A DNA stretch of 64,000 bases from Octopus sinensis. Taxonomy: Eukaryota. Within the stretch, counting starts at the first letter, position 1, and each line of letters starts with the position of its first letter. Under the pieces are notes generated by a model. That model was not told the DNA's origin and ran no database searches. It saw nothing but the letters and a program-made list of their open reading frames with translations. Positions 56,960-64,000 of this stretch are shown piece after piece. The position numbers were made by a program, and so were the translations under genes. The DNA is taken from contig NC_042997.1 in the NCBI RefSeq assembly GCF_006345805.1, forward strand, positions 147,932,001 through 147,996,000, written 5' to 3'.

Positions 56960-57112
56960 AGACGCAGATCTGGCTGTGTTATAAGAAGCTTGCCTCTCAA
57001 CCATATGGTTCCGGGTTCAGTCCCACAACAACGTGGAACCGTAAGCAAGTGTCTTCTATTGTATCCTAGGGCCGATCAAAAGCCTTGTGAGACGGAAAGT
57101 GAAAGAAGTCGG

Positions 57113-57154
<42 letters not shown>

Positions 57155-57360
57155 TTCGTGTTTGTTCTCTCACCATCGCTTGACAACTGCTGTAGGTGTG
57201 CTTACGTCCCCGTTACTCGGCGATTTGGCAAAAGAGAATGATAGATTAAATACCAGCCTTAAGAAATAGATGATTACTGGGGTTGATTCAGTTGACCAAA
57301 ACTTCTTCAAGGCGGTGCCCCACCACGGCCACAGTCTAATGACCGGAACGAGTAAAATAT
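56960..57360 (+). mobile_element. SINE family A
   Basis: Full layout, diverged. Confidence 0.8.
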
Positions 57361-57436
57361 TAAACATAAAAGTTATGTACCTATCTATGTAATCTATGTA
57401 TCATACTCAACGTCTGTGTGTGTTGTGTGTATATAT

Positions 57437-57486
<50 letters not shown>

Positions 57487-57489
<3 letters not shown>

Positions 57490-57945
57490 CGTAGGAGTGG
57501 CTGTGTGGTAAGTAGCTTGCTTACGAACCACATGGTTCTGGGTTCAGTCCCACTGCGTGGCACATTGGGCGAGTGTCTTCTACTATAGTCTCGGGCCGAC
57601 TAAAGCCTTGTGAGTAGATTTCGTAGACGGTAACTGAAAGAAGCCCGTCGTATATATATATATGTATGCATGTATGTATGTATGTATGTATGTGTGTATG
57701 TATGTATGTATGTATGTATGTATGTATGTATGTATGTATGTATGTGTGTATATGTTTGTGTGGTTGTGTTTGTCCCCCCCCCCAACATCGCTTGACAACC
57801 GATTCTGGTGTGTTTGCGTCCCCGTCACTTAGCGGTTCGGCAAAAGAGACCGATAGAATAAGTACTGGGCTTACAAAGAATAAGTGCTCCAGCATGGCCG
57901 CAGTCAAATGACTGAAACAAGTAAAAGAGAAAAGAGAGAGAGAGA
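57487..57945 (+). mobile_element. SINE family A
   Basis: Full layout with central (TATG)n and an AG-rich tail. Confidence 0.9.
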
Positions 57946-58639
57946 GTAATATATATATATATACACCGCTGATATAATTCTCCGCGGTTTTGTTCAAGAT
58001 AAACTCTATTATAGATATATAAAGCTTTTAAAACTGGAGAGAGGCGAAACATCGTTCCGCTGTTGCTAGCGAAGACATCAGATGCAATTTCGTTCTGTTG
58101 GGCCTTGTGAAAGACGTGTACTCACATACATACATACATGCATGCATATAAGATTTGTGGCCTCCAACAGAATAAACAGTGAATAATGCTTTTACTGCAT
58201 CGCTTGGAGACTGAATCAATAATCCGTTGTACTGACTACCCGCACCTAGGTAGGTTTTCTGTTTCCCTCCGATCAATGTTGTAATTTGAAATGCAGCACG
58301 TCCGTAAGAGACTATATCTCAGAGGAAAACCGTAGTAACTTGCTCCTCATCGCTGCATGTACATTAAACATGATACATAGATGAGTATTTTAATGTCATA
58401 CTGCTTCCATAGTACACACCAGATTTTACATACACATATGGTGGGAGACGTATATGCATGTGCGTGTGGATGTGATTTGAATCCAGGCATAGATAAAAAT
58501 AATACTGCAAAAATAGAGAATGCTTAAATAGCCACGAAGTAAGACAAAACACCAGCAAATGATGTTATATTAATGGAAGTTTCAAGGGCTGAAAAAAGCA
58601 TATTTGTGAAAAATACTCCCAAAACATTACATTCGATAT

Positions 58640-59450
58640 TTCAAGGAGAGAAATGTACCTTTACAAGCGAAGGAATGCGAATAACATCTTGTTTATAAGA
58701 AGGGTGATGGGGAAGGTTTGAAAAAATACAGACACAGGTGCCTCTTTTCATTCCTCTATAAGTTATTTTGTTTTTCAAATGTTAGAGTCACAAGACTTTT
58801 GGAACATCTCAACGTCCAACTGTCGAGCGACGAACTAGATGTTCGTAATGACTTCTGTACTGTAGACCTCATATTAAATTCTAATATACGAGGGCTGTTG
58901 AAATGTTCTTGGCATTAAGGGTGTCGCGAAAGGCCTGGGTGGAGGCCCAAATTCCCGTGTTTTTTACAGGGCTTAGAATAAAATCATAACTGATCCTCTT
59001 CTTTTTTCTTTTACCCAAAGACAGGAAATTTTATTACCTTCTCGTAGCTTCTACAAGCGAAAAACCGGCTCTTGTTTTTTTGCGTCACCTTCGTCTATCA
59101 TGGAAGTAACGCCGGTGATGTCGAGTTGAATGCAATTCTTAATTCAAGGATTTGTCGCACAATGCACGAGACATCCATGGGAAGCGACTGCGCTATGTAA
59201 AACTGATGTAGTTGCGTTCTTACCTCTTACTAGTGCTTCAGTGGGGGAGAATGTCAAACATGTAGATATCATCTCTTCAAAGGCTCTTCACAGCATGACT
59301 CGAAAGAGGCATTGGAGAGATTGGTAGGAAAGTGGTATGAGAAAGCTTCTAATAAACACTAATTTAGCAGAAAACAACGTACTCGTAGCAGGTCTCATAC
59401 TTGTTAAGGATCAAACTGAGTGGACATACGTAGATCAGTGTTAGGGCTCA
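58640..59450 (+). mobile_element. RTE-like RT fragments interrupted by a mariner-end fragment starting at 58889
   Basis: KKGDGEGLKKYR..LYKLF..TVDLI; ta-cgagggctgttgaaa TIR start at 58889; AGLI..W remnant after 59260. Confidence 0.55.
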
Positions 59451-59922
59451 AAACAACCTGTATAACCTGTATAAAAACAAAAAAAAACATGCATTCCGAA
59501 AACGGTGAACAAAGCCAAATATTGGTAGGAAATGTTGAATTTGGTTAGGTAAAGAATTACAATTGTTTAGAACAGAATAAATAAATTGAGCATATCTAAT
59601 AGGTCGTAATTCAAGAATGAAGTGGAGTAATGGAGTAACCAATGTGACCGAAGGCTATCGAAAGCAGAGTTTCCACTGGGCCAGAAACGCAATTAAGTGT
59701 GGAGTGGAAACGCAATTAAGAAAAGAGTGGAAACCGATTGTGGTTAACAATGTATAATTCTTCTCATAGTCTGGTGGACAGATCGATGTATTAAATGTAT
59801 TTGATATTCTGTGTATATCGACTTGCCTAAATCGTTCGCCCTTATATTTACTTCTCTACCTGCTCAAGTTTAAATCTCTTGGGCGCTACGAAGCGTATTC
59901 TATACTACAGAGAATAATTGCC

Positions 59923-59958
<36 letters not shown>

Positions 59959-60929
59959 GTTTATGTATCATATACGGATATACATACACATCTACATACA
60001 TACATACATTACAAACTCACACACTCACACACACTCAAATATATCAGAGTTATCTTAAATTTATTCCATAGTCTCTGAATTGCTTTCGGTATGGGACTAT
60101 ATTTAATTTCCTTCGCTAAACCGAAAAAAACATTGAGTGTAAGTTCAATGAATAAAATGATGTATTTTAAAGACTGAGTATTAATCCCATTCCAAGTCGT
60201 CAGTTTCGCAGTAAAGAAAATCTGTAATGAAAACACAAGGCAGAAGAAATTCCTCTAATACTTCGTTCGCAACAGATGTTTATAACTCATGAATTGGCTC
60301 GTGAATGAATCCTTTATTGATGACATACGACTGCTTTGCGATTCTAATCAGTAAGAAATATGTTTTACATTCTGTATTCATTTTAAAGAAAATTTTTTAC
60401 TAAATATATACGATGTGTTAAAAATATGTTTTTCACAAAATATATATAATTAACTCAATTCTGAAACCATATTCCACAGATTAATTTCGTTGAAGGATTT
60501 TTAGGATATGCTTTAGTCAATCTAAACATCTTTATCTTGTATCAGCCATCTGAAATTACATGAAACTGACAATAAATACTGAGAATCCAGCTGTTAATTT
60601 CCTTATATAAATATACAAATCCCTAGGCTTGCCTTTTTTAATAATTAACGAGTATTTAATTGAATTATTACAAATTACGCCCAATGTATTCGCAAGAGTT
60701 GTAAAGGCAGAATTTGTGAGTTTTTCCATTTCTATTTAAACACATTCAAATTTGCTAACCTTCATGAATATTTTAATATTTTAATGTTACATACAATCCT
60801 AATGTAATTTATGATTTGTGCCTAATTAAAATAAATTATCAACATAAATATGGTGAAACGCGTTATTGTTTGTTATTCTATACCATTTGCTCCTCTGATA
60901 CCTTAATACTTTCAGAAAATTCAGATACC

Positions 60930-61079
<150 letters not shown>

Positions 61080-61429
61080 CATTTGAGGAGTTTCGTTATG
61101 GGTATGAAAATATATCATAAACAAATATAAAAAATGGAGAAGAAATGTCGAATCAGAAATAGATTTATTGCAAAACTGGATTCAATGCATACATACATTT
61201 CGAAAAACAATGCAAATGTGTAAGAAAGAAATTTTAGTCATAGTAATTATGATTAACTTTATATATATATATACATGTGAGGATGTGCGTGTGTTTGTCT
61301 ATAAAATTAATCAAAGGACATACTATGTATGTTTACCTGCTGGACATAACAGCCAAAACTCTTACTTAAATCGCCAAAATGCATTGATGGTAACTACAGA
61401 AATCAACCGAAAGCAGATCGTAACGTACA

Positions 61430-62150
61430 TTTAAGCATCTGGAGTCACGTGGACCAATTCCTGCATTGTCAAGTATAGCCTGAGCTTATTCAGCTCGCGT
61501 TACCGTGATGGAGACTCGCAACCTGTCGTTTTGAAATCATCGCCGCAACTGAATCGTTTTGCACCGACATCTTTGCAGCCACCAGTGTGGAAATAATTCA
61601 CAGGAAATATAATCCTCGAAAAGTTAATTTGCTAAAATTTTCTCATCCCTCCATATTCTTCTATCCCTCTGCCTCTACCTCTCTCCTGTCTCTCCATGTG
61701 ACCGGTGTTCGGCCGAGCCTGACCTTTCTTTCTTGGTTCGACTAACATCCGCGCAACATCTATATTCCTCCCCATGCCTCTCATCTCTGCCGTAAGGCTT
61801 CACTTCCACACATGCCAGCTTAATTTAATTCGTCCTTGGTCGAAAATCCTCTGTTGTCAATGTTCGGTTATTTGCATTTACATTTGTGTAACATTTCTCC
61901 GTTTTTTTTTTGTCCTTGTTTTCGTATACGTTCCTTGGTTTCTTCCAAGAAATCCAGTACTCTTAGCTTAATTTTGCCTTGAGGCTGTCCAGAGTGGAGC
62001 AAGCTCGAGTATAACCAGCAGAAATGGCGAATGTAATCTGGAACTCTACTGAAGAAAGAAAACTTCAAATGACCCGTCCTTGTTTTTTCTTTCCGTTTTT
62101 TGTATCATCTAACTGTCTGGACGTTTTGCTTTCTTGTCCCATTTTTTGTA
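61430..62150 (+). mobile_element. PLE-type 3' region homologous to 21096-22147
   Basis: ccaagaaatc..cttagctta..ggagcaa..cagcagaaat..actgaaga..tgacccgtcc aligns to the minus strand of the 21 kb repeat. Confidence 0.6.
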
Positions 62151-62157
62151 GTTTTTA

Positions 62158-62583
62158 CTGGGGCTAAAAACTACAGTAGCATCCACCCTTAGGGGTTAGC
62201 CATATTGAAATGGCAAAAATACGTCACGATGTGTTACCGCTACTGTATATAACTCACTTTGATATTTATCATTGTTTGATTTCACTTTTTCAATATCAGC
62301 GACAGTGGACGCTGGAAAAAGTATAAGTATTTGTGAAGGAAATCTAATTCTCGGCGACAACTATGATTGTCACACGCTGACGAGAGGTCAATACCTCGAA
62401 ACTCGAGCCCGTGTGTATCATAAGTTGAAGACGGGAAGGATGACTTCCCTTTGCAAATACTGACAGGACACAGATAGTGTGTCTATTGCCAGCTGGAGGA
62501 GTGTGTCCTCCTGGGGCTAAAAACTACAGTAGCATCCACCCTTAGGGGTTAGCCATATTGAAATGGCAAAAATACGTCACGAT
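62158..62583 (+). mobile_element. Retrozyme-like ORF-less hammerhead unit (353-nt period, 73-bp terminal redundancy)
   Basis: 62158-62230 is identical to 62511-62583; central HHR; 3' end in (TA)n. Confidence 0.75.
62371..62415 (+). ncRNA. Minimal type I hammerhead ribozyme motif (U16.1 changed to C)
   Basis: CACACG-CTGACGA-GAGGT-caat-ACCTC-GAAA-CTCGAG-CC-CGTGTG. Confidence 0.8.
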
Positions 62584-62670
62584 ATATATATATATATATA
62601 GACGTATATATATTTATACACATACGTATATATATGTATATATATATATACATTGTATAAATATATTTAT

Positions 62671-62738
<68 letters not shown>

Positions 62739-64000
62739 CTATATACATACGTATATATATATCAATACACAATATATTTTCCATATAAATTAATGTACAT
62801 TTAAATACAAAAAGCGGTGACCCTTAACACGCCGCCTTACATGCTAGAAGGAGCAGTCAAAACGTCCAAACCACAGTTAAGAGCAATCTCGAAGGTAATG
62901 AAAAATAAAAATAAACCATGTTTTACAGCCAGACTTAGGTTTCGAATTTTACTTAGTAAAATAAAATAACTTGCTAGGCGAAGTTCTAATTAGTGGGTAC
63001 GCCCAAATTATATGTTAATATAATTTTAGAGTGTTAATATCCACTCCTTTCTCGAATATCCACCTTTTAGATATTCTGAAACGATATGCCTACCGTAGAT
63101 GTTTCAGTAACTCTTTGTATTATAGCCAGCTGTTCTTTTTACTTCGTTGTAGCCGATGTCTCATGACTCATGAAAAACTAAGCAAAATATACAAATAAAT
63201 AAATAAATAAATACCTCTAGTATCCTTTCCGTTTGTAAATTTAACCGACCTTTTACCGTTTAAATGTATTAAATTTAATGACGAAGAGAATTGGTTAGTA
63301 CAAATCCTGCAGCGTAACTCTGCCGTAGTTCAACCCTATTTGGCTATGTATTAACTCTTCAAATAACTAAAAAAATGTTTGCATGAATTCTCTCATTACA
63401 CCTATTTGTAAAAGAGTCACTTCATCTCTTCTCAATAAAGGAAGACTGAGTAGATATAATTAATTATTCAATTGTCGTTCTAGGATCAGCAAAGCTTACT
63501 TAGCCCTTCGTACATGCACACCTCAACTGACTGGTTCACAAACCCATGTGTTCCCCTAAGGCTAGATATATTTTCGCATGTACTCTATGATGCGAAGTAA
63601 AATTTTCATCTGAGAGGAACTTCCTAATGTTTTCGTTTACCTATACACACAATAGTAATTTAATATTCAAGCTAGATGCCAAGAAAATGTTAAATATGCA
63701 AATTGGACTATCCACTTTACTTCAGCTATTAAAAGTAAATGACTCATAAACATTGTGTTCGTGTGTATTTAAGGACGTTGTACAGCTACAGACGAAACTC
63801 GATGCAGAATTGAAATGTGCAGCATTTACAGATGTTCCGTATTTTGTAACATTGACACCCAATGTAACGTACGGCAGTATGTTACATTGGGTGCAAAAAA
63901 TGTAATATACAGCAATATTTTACATTGGATGTAAAAGTGTGGAATAAAAATCTAAAGATAAGTTGTATAGCACATTATAGCAGCAAGACGATATATTAAC

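Overview
AT-rich, repeat-dense animal genomic DNA. It is most likely octopus or another cephalopod, inferred from my recollection of the SINE families and not verified by search. I could not support any host protein-coding gene; most ORF-track entries are translations of TA/CA/TATC/TATG microsatellites. The window holds tRNA-derived SINEs of about four families and Tc1/mariner transposons. Two mariners are near-complete sister copies of one DD34D element (30382-31674, 46997-48288). There are also decayed L1/Tx1, RTE and R4-like LINE fragments and many Penelope-like element (PLE) remnants. The main signal is about 13 type-I hammerhead ribozyme (HHR) motifs from several unrelated non-coding repeat families. 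These repeatedly sit at fold-back palindromes (13471-13526, 18891-19171, 19407-19743, 32372-32580, 32643-33038) or within ORF-less partial tandem units (45447-46174, period 493; 62158-62583, period 353). In two cases the element boundary lies within 2-3 nt of the predicted self-cleavage site. HHRs in PLEs and animal retrozymes are known in general; the cleavage-site-anchored palindrome and the retrozyme-like units are the leads worth testing. All alignments and RNA folds were done by eye.
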